Part shown: piece by piece, positions 1-12,341 of the stretch
Layout of the letters: the number at the start of each line of letters is the position of its first letter
Position numbering within the stretch: position 1 is the first letter of the stretch
Assembly (NCBI GenBank): GCA_951406725.2
Contig: OX597823.1
Location: 35,588,001-35,652,000 of the forward strand
Length of the DNA: 64,000 nucleotides
Direction: 5' to 3'
Source of the DNA: Octopus vulgaris
Lineage: Eukaryota
The notes under the pieces: generated by a model
Told to the model about the DNA's origin: nothing
Databases searched by the model: none
The model's input: only the letters and a program-made list of their open reading frames with translations
Translations under genes and position numbers: made by a program

Positions 1-104
1 TATTACTTAAACCAAGTGTCAATGCAACACTTCCTTTATAATTTAAATTGAATAGCTCAGCATTTACATATGTAGATATACATACTACATATTCATTTAT
101 CCAC

Positions 105-135
<31 letters not shown>

Positions 136-1569
136 CAAACACATATACGTGTGTATAGTATGTATATGCACATCTATAATAATAAATGGCAAGTTTGTGC
201 TTGCAACAGTTGATGAAACTTGACACGTGTGTGGGGCTTATCCCCATGCAGTCACTTGGAATTTTTTAAAAATCGATTTTTAATCAGCATCGATTTTTCA
301 AAAATCGTAAAATTCCGGCATTTTTCGCACTAGCCATTGTGACATCGATTTGACGAAAAATGCCGAAATTTGACGAAAAATGTTTCATGGGTATAAAGTG
401 ACAGCTTATTAACGGTAATCTTATTAACGGTAATTTTGTTGGAAATAACTTTGTCTTCCTTTATTCCGATATCACCTATTAACGTTGATGTAACCCTACT
501 TACCCTTTCGCAAGTGGTCTTATGGGAATTGTTAATTAATTATCCGTGGATAAAATACCGGGTGATATTAATCTGAGCTTTTGATCCCGGGAAAGAATTA
601 GCCTGAATATACTCCATATTCAGCAAATGTTTCCTCTTAACCCTAATTTGGTGACCCTCTTCAATTTAGGAGAATAGTCTTATATTAGATTACTGCTTAT
701 ACATTGAGATCTTGCTGTTGATAAACACAGATATCTATGACTACATAAAAAATAACATCACCAAGTAATAAATAGCTAAAAGATTCACTCAGCAGAAATA
801 TTAAAGTTTTAGCACAACTCAGCTGACAAACTAGGGTGGCTTTTACTAGATAAACTGAGTTTGGCAGTGTGGCAGGCTGACAGTGTAACAAGAGTGGACA
901 GTGTGACTATCATTCCCATCATAAGTGGTGAAACGGAATGTTATGCAACCACATACTTAAAAATTTTGTTTGATTATCTACAAGTGTAAACATGTAGACA
1001 CGCTCCACAAAGTAGAAATATAGGATCTGTACACGCTCAGCCTCCGCCTACTACTATTTTCCTCCTTTTCGTCCCCTTCTCTTCCTCCTCCTCCTCCTCC
1101 TCCTCATCATCATCATCATCTTCTTCTTCTTTAAGGGGGATCAGTAATATAGACTTTGTGGACTTATCCAAGGTATTGTTCAAATGTACGAAATTAATAG
1201 CCATTAACTCCCTCCACTACAAATAATCCACCTCTCTCTCCTTCTCTCCCTCCCTCTCTCTTTATCACTCTCTATCTTACTCTCTCTTCTGTTCTCTATC
1301 TCCAAGTAGCTCTCTGCTCTTCTCTCTCTTTCCATTTCTCTGTCTCATGCTCTGTGTCTCCTACATACTCTCCTCTCTTTCTCCAACTCCCTCCATATCT
1401 TTCTCCTGCTAGCTCATCTACTCTGTCTCACCCCCATTTTTCTGTCATTTTTTCATACTCCCTCTATCTCTCTATCTCCCCCTCTCTCTCTCTCTCCCTC
1501 TCTCTCTATCTCCCTCTCTCTCTCTCTATCTCCTCGCGTGACTTACCCACAGGCATTGGTGATATGATC

Positions 1570-1764
1570 CTACACACCCGCTTGTCCCGGACATAACATT
1601 ATTTGACAAATTTTTCTGAAGTAGGACCATCGAATAACTTGGCGTTCTGTCTTTCCTGACATCTTTCTTTCAGTGTTTTCGCTCAACACCCGGTCTGGGA
1701 ATCGAAACCGCGATCCTACGCCGCGACTCCGCTGCCCTAACCACTGGGCCATTGTGCCTCCACA
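1570..1764 (-). mobile_element. tRNA-derived SINE, 5' portion
   Basis: Minus strand reads TGGCCCAGTGGTTAGGGC (A-box-like) ... GGTTTCGATTCCC (B-box-like), then non-tRNA body. Confidence 0.65.
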
Positions 1765-2059
1765 TATTGATATATATGGATGTGAATGAAGGTATACTTA
1801 TACCTATTAATTTATACGTATGGTTCTAATTGAATACATAGCCTTATATGTATATAATGTAATATAGGTATTTATATAGATATTTGAGTCTACGTAAATG
1901 TATATATAGGTATAAACTAGTATGTGTGCGCTTTTGATAAGTACACTTAATTATATATGAATGATCTAGTGCATACATTGCTGAAATAATTGTTTATACT
2001 TTTTACTTATTTGTTATTCAATTACTTTGTTTATTCTTGATAATCTAATCTATGCTAAG

Positions 2060-2400
2060 TGATAAAATAAATATACACGTATATATAAAATAAACATACA
2101 CGTATATATATATATAATATAAATAATTTATATACATACGTATATGTACTTACATCTGTACGTATTTTTATGCATATGTGGGCACAGGAAGTCATGAAAT
2201 GCGTACAACCAAAAATGCGAACAACGAGTACATGGGACATGAACTATTCTTTTGAACAACGAAAGGCACAACTGGAAAAAAAATATACAACATAAAGAAC
2301 GATCAGTTGTTAGCTGTTTAATCTAGTCTCGTACTTCGAGCATGTAACAACAATATACACTTTCGATAAAACAGTTACTCCCGCAAAGCAAATTATATAT
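2060..2400. repeat. Diverged copy of a dispersed repeat family also at about 29270-29560 and 61890-62090
   Basis: Shared order of segments: TA-rich block, ggg(c/t)acagga, aacaacgaaa..caca, caaca(t/c)aa, tcagttgt; similarity judged by eye. Confidence 0.45.
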
Positions 2401-2444
2401 ATTTATTGGCCAAACTTGCAAAATGACCATTCCGAAATATAACG

Positions 2445-2489
<45 letters not shown>

Positions 2490-2607
2490 AATCAAGGAAC
2501 GGCCATAATAGGCCATTCACCCACTAGAAATAACAGCCAAAAGCTTTAACCGCAAAATAACATTAATTCTGTAAACCAGGAGAAAATTGAAAAACTTTTA
2601 CCCTGTA

Positions 2608-2714
2608 ATTTCTTAGACGATGCACCGTTTCATCTACCGTTTAATGGTAAACTAACCTGATTAAATTAAATCAAGCCAATCCACCATAGGCCCTTAGACT
2701 CATCAGTAAGAAAT
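2608..2714 (-). ncRNA. Type I hammerhead ribozyme, array copy 1
   Basis: Minus strand: stem I AUUUCUUA, CUGAUGA, long stem II, GAAA, stem III C-GGUGCAUC-G, GUC cleavage triplet, stem I' UAAGAAAU. Confidence 0.9.
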
Positions 2715-3092
2715 AGCCGGAACAGATATTTTTCACGAGGCATTCCTCTTGCTGCCTCGGCAATATCTGACCTAAAATTTTCAAATCGTCGCACTCGCGC
2801 CAAATTTATCGGCAGCAAATAAATATAAGCCACCGATTCCCTTACGGAACTAACCAGAAAATTCATAATTAATCAATATAGGGTGGCAAAAAAATTTTGT
2901 AGAATTCTTTTGCCACCAGCGGCCTAGTAGGAAAAAATTAAATAGTCATAAACCATTTTTACGTTCAACATCACAATCAAGGAACGGCCATAATAGGCCA
3001 TTCACCCACTAGAAATAACAGCCAAAAGCTTTAACCGCAAAATAACATTAATTCTGTAAACCAGGAGAAAATTGAAAAACTTTTACCCTGTA

Positions 3093-3199
3093 ATTTCTTA
3101 GACGATGCACCGTTTCATCTACCGTTTAATGGTAAACTAACCTGATTAAATTAAATCAAGCCAATCCACCATAGGCCCTTAGACTCATCAGTAAGAAAT
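3093..3199 (-). ncRNA. Type I hammerhead ribozyme, array copy 2
   Basis: Identical to copy 1, offset 485. Confidence 0.9.
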
Positions 3200-3577
3200 A
3201 GCCGGAACAGATATTTTTCACGAGGCATTCCTCTTGCTGCCTCGGCAATATCTGACCTAAAATTTTCAAATCGTCGCACTCGCGCCAAATTTATCGGCAG
3301 CAAATAAATATAAGCCACCGATTCCCTTACGGAACTAACCAGAAAATTCATAATTAATCAATATAGGGTGGCAAAAAAATTTTGTAGAATTCTTTTGCCA
3401 CCAGCGGCCTAGTAGGAAAAAATTAAATAGTCATAAACCATTTTTACGTTCAACATCACAATCAAGGAACGGCCATAATAGGCCATTCACCCACTAGAAA
3501 TAACAGCCAAAAGCTTTAACCGCAAAATAACATTAATTCTGTAAACCAGGAGAAAATTGAAAAACTTTTACCCTGTA

Positions 3578-3684
3578 ATTTCTTAGACGATGCACCGTTT
3601 CATCTACCGTTTAATGGTAAACTAACCTGATTAAATTAAATCAAGCCAATCCACCATAGGCCCTTAGACTCATCAGTAAGAAAT
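3578..3684 (-). ncRNA. Type I hammerhead ribozyme, array copy 3
   Basis: Identical to copy 1, offset 970. Confidence 0.9.
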
Positions 3685-4062
3685 AGCCGGAACAGATATT
3701 TTTCACGAGGCATTCCTCTTGCTGCCTCGGCAATATCTGACCTAAAATTTTCAAATCGTCGCACTCGCGCCAAATTTATCGGCAGCAAATAAATATAAGC
3801 CACCGATTCCCTTACGGAACTAACCAGAAAATTCATAATTAATCAATATAGGGTGGCAAAAAAATTTTGTAGAATTCTTTTGCCACCAGCGGCCTTGTAG
3901 GAAAAAATTAAATAGTCATAAACCATTTTTACGTTCAACATCACAATCAAGGAACGGCCATAATAGGCCATTCACCCACTAGAAATAACAGCCAAAAGCT
4001 TTAACCGCAAAATAACATTAATTCTGTAAACCAGGAGAAAATTGAAAAACTTTTACCCTGTA

Positions 4063-4169
4063 ATTTCTTAGACGATGCACCGTTTCATCTACCGTTTAAT
4101 GGTAAACTAACCTGATTAAATTAAATCAAGCCAATCCACCATAGGCCCTTAGACTCATCAGTAAGAAAT
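4063..4169 (-). ncRNA. Type I hammerhead ribozyme, array copy 4
   Basis: Identical to copy 1, offset 1455. Confidence 0.9.
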
Positions 4170-4519
4170 AGCCGGAACAGATATTTTTCACGAGGCATTC
4201 CTCTTGCTGCCTCGGCAATATCTGACCTAAAATTTTCAAATCGTCGCACTCGCGCCAAATTTATCGGCAGCAAATAAATATAAGCCACCGATTCCCTTAC
4301 GGAACTAACCAGAAAATTCATAATTAATCAATATAGGGTGGCAAAAAAATTTTGTAGAATTCTTTTGCCACCAGCGGCCTAGTAGGAAAAAATTAAATAG
4401 TCATAAACCATTTTTACGTTCAACATCACAATCAAGGAACGGCCATAATAGGCCATTCACCCACTAGAAATAACAGCCAAAAGCTTTAACCGCAAAATAA
4501 CATTAATTCTGTAAACCAG

Positions 4520-4587
<68 letters not shown>

Positions 4588-4589
<2 letters not shown>

Positions 4590-4816
4590 CTTTTACTCTT
4601 TTACTTGTTTCAGTCATTTCACTGCAGCCATGCTGGAGCACCGCCTTTAGTCGAGAAAATCGACCTCAGAACTTATTCTTTGTAAGCCTAGTACTTATTC
4701 TGTCGGTCTCTTTTGCCGAACCGCTAAGTTACGGAGACGTAAACACACACACCGGTTTTCAAGCGATGCTGGGGGTACAAACACAGATACACAAACATAT
4801 ACACACATACACATAC

Positions 4817-4856
<40 letters not shown>

Positions 4857-5007
4857 GACGGGCTTCTTTCAGTTTCCGTCTACCAAATCCACTCACAAGG
4901 CTTTGTTCGGCCCGAGGCTATAGTAGAAGACACTTTCCCAAGGTGCCACGCAGTCGGACGAAACCCAGAACCATGTGGTTGGTAAGCAAGCTACTTACCA
5001 CACAGCC
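4588..5007 (-). mobile_element. Abundant tRNA-derived SINE with internal (TA/CA)n and GTAAAAGA-type tail
   Basis: Same body as copies at 5008-5444, 21090-23004, 51352-51770, 51901-52486; CORE-like ACCTTGGG(C/A)AAGTGTCTT segment. Confidence 0.85.
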
Positions 5008-5444
5008 CTTTTACTCGTTTATTTGTTTCACTCATTTGACAGCGGCAATGCTGGAGCACCGCCTTTAGTCCAACAAATCGACCCCAGGACTTATTCTTTG
5101 TAGGCCTAATACTTATTCTATCGGTCTTTTTTGCCAAATCGCTAAATTACGGGGACGTAGACACATCAGCACCGGTTGTCATGCAATGTTGAGGAGGGGG
5201 GACAAACACAGACGCACAAACATACAAATACACACACAGACGCACAAATATACAAAGACACACACAGACACACACACATATATTTATATATGACGGGCTT
5301 CTTTCAGTTTCCGTCTACCAAATCTACTAATAAGGCCTTGGTCAGCCCGAGTCTATAGCAGAAGACACCACCACGCAGTGGGACTGAACCTGGAACCATG
5401 TGGTTGGTAAGCTACTTATCACACATCTACTTCTGCGCCTATGG
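5008..5444 (-). mobile_element. Same SINE family, full head, fused at its 5' end to a U6 fragment
   Basis: Head TAGGCGCAG(A/G)AGT..; B-box-like GGTTCAGTCCC; directly adjacent to the preceding copy. Confidence 0.85.
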
Positions 5445-5477
5445 AAAAATATGGAACGCTTCACAAATTTGCTTGTC
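5445..5477 (-). pseudogene. U6: U6 snRNA 3'-terminal fragment
   Basis: Minus strand GACAAGCAAATTTGTGAAGCGTTCCATATTTTT versus canonical U6 3' end GACACGCAAATTCGTGAAGCGTTCCATATTTTT. Confidence 0.85.
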
Positions 5478-6111
5478 GTGCTATTAAGTTAGACATGGCC
5501 TGGGCCAATAATGGCCGAAAACTATCAAAGTATCAAAGTATACCTCGTCTACATTAACTAGAATTTTTTTGGAGGTACAAGCGCCCTTACGCCTTAAATA
5601 ATTTTAGTTTTATTTATATTGATATAAGTGTTGCTTTTTTTAGAAGCAAAGCATCTTATTTTTTCCATTTGATCGATCCTATTAAATTACACAGGAACGT
5701 CATCTATTTTAAAAAATATTAAAATAATCACTTTTTTAGGGGTGAGTGTACAATATTTGAGTGTGTATGTATTATTCATGTATACATACTTGTTCACCGA
5801 TCTGTGTGTACATACACGCACACATGTACGCACACATCTATATGTGCATGTATATAAAGATATACTTGCCTTATACGGAGAAAATGTGCTTTATGTATGT
5901 GTACTTATGTGCGTTCACGTGGTTGTTTGTGTACGTGTGCATATATGGATATATATATATATATGGGTCTGTGTGCGTATGTATATACATATATATGTGT
6001 GGTTGTTTATATGTTTTCATTTACGTGAATCGGTGCACATACATGAATCTCCATGTATGTGTGCATATGTGCATAGTTATTTGTAGCTATTGTCTGTGTA
6101 TCACACACAGG

Positions 6112-6182
<71 letters not shown>

Positions 6183-6803
6183 CTCAACAACCATAAAGCA
6201 CATAGTTTCTGCCAACCAAAATCCACTCAGAAGGTATTACGAGGGTTACGTAACAAAACCCAAAACCAAAGTGCTGCAGACTAGAATCGAACCAGGAGCA
6301 ATATAGATGCGAACAAACTTTTTGATATCGACACTGTGCCTGCGTGCAAAGTTGTATGGAAAACTTCGTGACCGAGTCTATAGCAGAATCATTCATTATA
6401 AGTCTATGGTTATAACATTAAAACATATTTAGAGTTGCTAAAGAGAGTAATTTATTACCAAAAATGACAGCAATGTCACGCTAGAAAGGAAAGCAATATT
6501 TTCAAAGTTCTGGTTTCTTTCAGGCTTCTGGTTTACACGCACATATCGTACAAAACCTAGTAAAAAACGACTAATTAAAAAAGTATAATTGTAGTGGCTG
6601 CTGTTAATCTAAGAACGAGTCAGCGTAAAGTCTAACCAAAGGTTTGGAGTTGAATCGTGATTCAACTGATCACAGGGTACACAGTTACTTCGGTGTATAA
6701 CATCAACTTGCGAGGGAAATAATGTTTCCTTTGGCTTTTATCATCCAATAAAAAGCAATCTGTGTATTAATGTCAACATATGTTTACGTTGCGTATATGT
6801 GCG

Positions 6804-6858
<55 letters not shown>

Positions 6859-6883
6859 ATGTGTGTGTGTGTGTGTGTGTGTC

Positions 6884-6958
<75 letters not shown>

Positions 6959-6960
6959 TA

Positions 6961-6999
<39 letters not shown>

Positions 7000-7019
7000 A
7001 GAGAGAGAGAGAGAGAGAG

Positions 7020-7073
<54 letters not shown>

Positions 7074-7893
7074 GGATTAAGGAGAAAGTCATTGAAAAGG
7101 TTGCAAGTAACAACGAAACAACGTTCAAAAACAAAAACGAAACAAGTGACTTAACCAAATTAAACAAACAATCGCTTAATTAATGGGATATTTAACTAAA
7201 ATTGACTAATAATAAAGGAGTAGAATTGACCTAGTGCGTGTGTTAATAGTATTATTATAATCACTCTCCCTAGACACAATACATATGTGTATGTATATGT
7301 ATACAGACAAACACAGGCACAGTTTCATGCACATAATGGTATGTATAAACATGTATATATGTATAAATGTGTGTGGTAAGGTAGCAGAAAGTGAAAGAGA
7401 TTATGAGGAGTTTTCTTAACGTGTTTATGTTTGTGTGCATATGTACATGAGTGTGTGTGTGTACGTGCGTGTGTTATGTGTGCTTGGTCAAAACACTCGT
7501 TGATACGTCTGTAAGATTGTATCATGTTTAATTTAAATTCAAGATTATTAATCGTATATGTGAAGTTATTTCCTTTTTGTTTGCTTCTTCATATCATAAG
7601 AAACTTTACTTTAATTTTAGTTTCATTCCCATTTGAATTAAATTAGATCGCATGACTAAAAAATTGGCACTGCTGACCCGACTGTCTTCTAGGACATATC
7701 GATAACAGTACTATGTCGATCGGCGGAATGATTAATGACATATGACTAGAATTACTTTAGTGCAAATTAATAACATTCGTTGATATAGAGAAGGAAATGT
7801 AATTCCTCTGAATCACAAGAAGATACGAAGATATTCTGTTAAAGTCTGTGAACTTACCATTGTCACACACAAACACACACATGCACGCCCGTT

Positions 7894-7932
<39 letters not shown>

Positions 7933-8396
7933 ACCATGCTTGATCGCCTCTAAATCCACAATTTTTTCAAAAATTCTCTGTTTATTTTCTCTTATTCTTT
8001 TCTGTTAAAGATCGTAAGGTCGGAACGTTAAATATTTTCTCACTTTCCCAAGCATCAAACTTATACACCTGTTCGTTGTTCACACCTGTCTTATACCATT
8101 TAACAGCCACCTGTACTACCATTCTGTTATTGAGCATTGATATGTTCGCATATTTTTCTTGGGATGTCTACTATATAAGGACTTTAACCCGCATGGATAT
8201 ACGCACTCATGGATATACACAGGATTGCATCTAAGGATTTATGCTTTGGTTTATATCACTTCGGAAAGTTGAACTACGAACTTTTATGCCCCTTTTTTCT
8301 TCTCTCTTTCCATCTCCTTATTCTTTTACTCCTTTCCTCTGTGTTATAATCTTATTGATATATACCATTCTCATTTTCCATATTTTCCCCCAGTTT

Positions 8397-8452
8397 GTCT
8401 CTGATGACGGAATATCCCATACTCGAGGACATCCCACGAACAGCTGTAAGAT
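8397..8452 (+). ncRNA. Degenerate PLE-type hammerhead remnant
   Basis: gtct-CTGATGA ... GAA(-)C-AGCT-GTA-agat; one A of GAAA missing, stem II eroded. Confidence 0.45.
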
Positions 8453-8584
8453 TTTGAATTTCTTCCTGTACTAATTTTGTATATGACTTGAGATTTTTGC
8501 CTTGCCTTAATGTCTGACGTCCTGTTTAACAATTATATATATATATATATATAATGTATGTATGTATACATACGTATGCATATA

Positions 8585-9850
8585 TTGGGTTGGCAACAAA
8601 GTTCCCGCTGTTTTTTAAAATTAAATTTTTTTAAAAGGTTTAATAAAAAATAACAGCTAATTAATCAATAATATATTCATCCTTGTTGTTTACAACTTCC
8701 CAAAGTTCAACAAGATTTTCAATACCTCGTTGGTAGAAATCACCCGATTTCGACTCGAAAATTGATCCAACAAAGCTCTAAATTCTGCACCAGTATTGAA
8801 CGAAACTCCGCGCATAGCATTTAAAAGAGATCAAAAGAGATGGAAATCCGTTGGTGCCAAATCAAGAGAGTTCGGCGGGTGTGGCAGTACTTCTCAGTCA
8901 TGCGTTTGAATGGCTTTCTCGGTCATATTGGCGATATGAGGGCGGGCGTTGTTGTGCAGCAGAAGAACTCCATGCTGCTGAATAGGTCTTTTCTTTTGAA
9001 TAGCAGCCAATCCATCTGTTGAACATAGAGTTCCGCGTTGACTGTTCAAGCAATTCGTAATGGATAATACCTTTCCAGTCCCACCATACGCACAACATCG
9101 TTTTAAGCGGATGAAGATCTTGTTTCACGCGCGGTTTCGCTTCTTTACCGGGGCTAAGCCATTCCTTGCGCTGCTTCATATTGATGTACAGGCACCGTTT
9201 TTCGTCGCCTGTAGCGATTCGGTACAGAAATCATTGCTTGTGTCCATGGGTTGAGCGGTGACGAGCAAGCAAACTAGCGGAGATCGTGGCTCGTTGATTT
9301 TTGTTGTTGTCACTTAAAGCATGCGGAACCCATGCTCCATACTTCTGAACCTTTCCCATCGAGTGGAGATGCTTCCCTATAGCAGTGTGGGAGCATTCCA
9401 TTTTCTCTGCCAGTTCCCTTGTCGTTTGACGAGAATTTTTGTGCAAAAGATAGTTTAATCGCTGTTCACCTAACTCAACTGGACGGCCAGAACGAGGTAC
9501 GTCTTTGAGGTCAAAATTTTCATTTTTGAACTTGGCATACCAATCACGAGCGGTTCTTTCAGCTATGGTACCCACTCCATATACAGCACAAATGTCACGA
9601 GCAACTTTTTCGGCCTTTAGAACCTTGATTAAAAGCAAAAAGAAGGAAGTGTCGAAAATGCTCGTTTTTCTTAACTTCAGATTCCATTTTAATGATCTGA
9701 AAACAAACAAAAATTAACTAAAATTAACTAGAAAAAATAGATTCCAAAATGATTCAATAATAGAATTCTCAATAAACATAGATTCCACAATTTAAAAACG
9801 CAATAAATTCCAAAATTTAAAAAAACCGCGGTAACTTAGTTGCCAACCCA

Positions 9851-9851
<1 letters not shown>
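8585..9851 (-). mobile_element. Full-length mariner (DD34D) transposon, transposase disrupted
   Basis: TIRs TTGGGTTGGCAAC..; TA at both ends; about 1.27 kb; motifs WVPHAL, MLCVWWDWKGIIHYELL, HTH PRSGRP split across ORFs 9231-9710 and 8898-9179. Confidence 0.93.
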
Positions 9852-9942
<91 letters not shown>

Positions 9943-10100
9943 TGTGTGTGTATGTGTGTGTGTGTGTGTATACATATATATGCCGACATAAAAATATCTG
10001 TCATATTCATATTAAAAACTTGTTACGTTCTTAGAGAGAGGTTCTCCGCTTTGTAGATGGAAGTCCTCTGAAATACAATAAAATAGTTTTAAATCTATAT

Positions 10101-10907
10101 ATCAAGGCTAGTCGGGCTAAATTTGATGATTTTTATGTCTCCATTTTTAAGGAAGAACTTGATGTGTTGGTTAACAGTCAACGGCGTTCAAGAGCATAAA
10201 GATTAAAGTTGTAGTTGAGAAAAAGTTACTTGACAAGGATGACTGGAAGCCCTCTGAATATTGAAGGAGAGTTAACCGGGTATCAAAATGCTATCATGAT
10301 CGCTGCTCAATGCTCTGTGAACATAGTAAAGTCCGTAAGATATGACATGGACATCTTGAAAACCAAGTTCCCCCAAACTGTGATGGTCATAGGGAGTGTC
10401 TCTAGTCAGAGTGACGTCATGCTGCCACACATCTTTGAACAGGGACTTAGGCTGTTGGAGACTGTAGCCAAACTGTGGCTGGAGATGGTTATTATATATG
10501 TGTAACAGCAGGATTTGGCTCTTTGACTTACATTCGGAAGGAGTCAGAAGTTGTTGTCGAGAATTTCTTCGATTTCACCGGCCTAAATTTCTGGCCTCCT
10601 GATTCCCCCGATTGTAATTTCATCGACTGCCTTGTGTGGGGTGCGGTTGACAACACCAAGGCCGAACTGGGGACTAAGATCAAGGGGGTGTTCAAAGATC
10701 ATACCAGGGGCCTAGTGAAGAATGCGTGCGCAAGGTTCGGAGACCGTCTTGAGACCATGGTGCCAGCTGAAGGTAGCTAGTTTGAGTAAATATCTCAGCT
10801 ATAGTCTAATCGATCTAGTTTTTTTTTTAAATAAATACTTTTATTTTGGATGGAATATTGCGTTTTCTTTTTATGCCAAATGTCAAATATAGTCTGAACT
10901 CCCTATA
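10101..10907 (+). mobile_element. Degenerate Tc1/mariner-superfamily element (maT/DD37D-like)
   Basis: KTKFPQTVMV..VSS..DVMLPHIFEQGLR and NFWPPDSPDCN..D..VWG motifs; eroded TIR-like ends. Confidence 0.7.
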
Positions 10908-11377
10908 GACTACGGTACACAATAAAGAACAAAACGCTTTATTCTAATGTTAGTTTTGAATGTAGTAGGAGTTGGAGTTGAAAGAAGCTTTAGGGATAAA
11001 CAACATGCTCAGTTTCGTTTCATTTTCAATTATTTCACAATTCGTGTTTACTGAGTCACTGCAGTTCATGAAGCATTGAGCAAACATTTCTAAAACAAAA
11101 AATGAATACGAAAACTTATCTTTATTTAAAAACATTATTAATGTTACATATGTTGAATTCATAATTTGTTTTTATTATAGATCTGCTTATTGTTATCAGA
11201 TGAAATTCAGTAGATAGTTTATACAATAAGTTTATAATTCAGACTAGTGAAGTTGATTCTGTTTAGGAAATGACACTGGCCGTTGCAGTTTGGAAGATTA
11301 TTTGTCTATTTCCTCATAACTTATGAAATATTTATTCCATTCATTTGAAATTTTCAGGAAATATATATATATATATA

Positions 11378-11578
11378 GTTAATCCAAACATGAACAAAGA
11401 GAAAACACAACAACGCGAGGACGTGGAACAAGTATAGTGTTATTGGACGCTCAGGAAAGGAAAGAAAGAAGGAGGATTTAACGTTTCGAGTGGTGCTCTT
11501 CGTCAGAAACATAGAAAAAGGAATGATCCAAAGAGAAGACGGAGAAAGAAAATCGCCACCGATACACAAGCGGTCACA
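11378..11578 (-). mobile_element. Short TA-anchored PLE-type repeat with minimal hammerhead (11476-11510)
   Basis: GTTT-CTGACGA-A-GAGCaccACTC-GAAAC-GTT-AAAT; same family as 14460-14657. Confidence 0.7.
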
Positions 11579-12298
11579 TATTATTCGTAAGGAGTTTATT
11601 CAACATATTTTATAATGTTTTGGAAGAGATTCTGATAAATCTCTAATTATGTAGGTAGGCTGTTGAACGATTGAGGATCTCTTACTGCACAGACTGTTAC
11701 AGTAAAGTGTTTATGCTCGTGAATTCGAAATGGGCACGAGGGTTGCTGAAAAGGTTTTGGCTTAAACATCCACAGGGACTCACGGAGCTCACGCTTGCAA
11801 GTAGCCATCTCCGACCCGATAGCGGTGATTAGTGATGTGGTCCAGGGGCTGAGAACGTCGGAGATCTCCACTGCCGCTGGCTCAACCACAAACCAGTGAC
11901 AGAGCGGCCATACTTTGACAGTGTACCCTTCTCGGTATAATGGAGCCTGGGCTGGTAGCTGTGGATTCTTCCTTCCACCGCCCATTGTCATGCCATTATA
12001 GTACCAGTCGCTCTCCACGCTATACTGCTCTTAAAGAGATCAGACAGTATGGCTAAGACGCCGCAGGTTTCCTCGAACTCGTGGGAAAAATCGAGGAGAC
12101 GGTAAAAAACCTGACGGTAGTGGGACTCTCTTCTGGGATTGCACAGATGGTGAAACCTTCTCCAACGGTGACTTGAAGGCTTTAATTGAGGAAGGTTTAC
12201 ATAATTCATTGTTCCCTATGTAAGATTACGCAAATCTGAAACATACATATCAACAGGTTTGAAAATACCACTATTTGTTTTGCTTTAATTATTACAAC

Positions 12299-12339
<41 letters not shown>

Positions 12340-12341
<2 letters not shown>

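Larger units (their letters stand above)
2485..4523 (-). repeat. Tandem array of 485-bp units (4.2 copies), each with a hammerhead ribozyme; retrozyme-like; flanked by (TA)n on both sides
   Basis: Exact 485-bp period (identical ORF-track entries at 2666/3151/3636/4121); only one substitution seen (A>T at 3896); HHR core in each unit. Confidence 0.93.

Noticed and set aside
170-660. Helitron-like 5' end and local inverted/direct repeats (also a possible Helitron 3' end near 55820-55858)
   Set aside because: Matching opposite termini not identifiable; evidence too weak to call
2485-4523. CRISPR array or repeated 66-aa protein gene
   Set aside because: Units are identical with no variable spacers, there are no cas genes and the context is eukaryotic; the 66-aa frame overlaps the ribozyme and has no recognisable motif
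5742-7525. ORFs rich in YI/HT/CV/LS (also near 9.8, 15.2, 21.2, 51.4 and 62 kb)
   Set aside because: Translations of (TA)n, (CA)n, (GA)n and (GATA)n microsatellites
11647-12209. GC-richer segment with short ORFs
   Set aside because: No motif I can assign; probably a TE fragment, left unannotated
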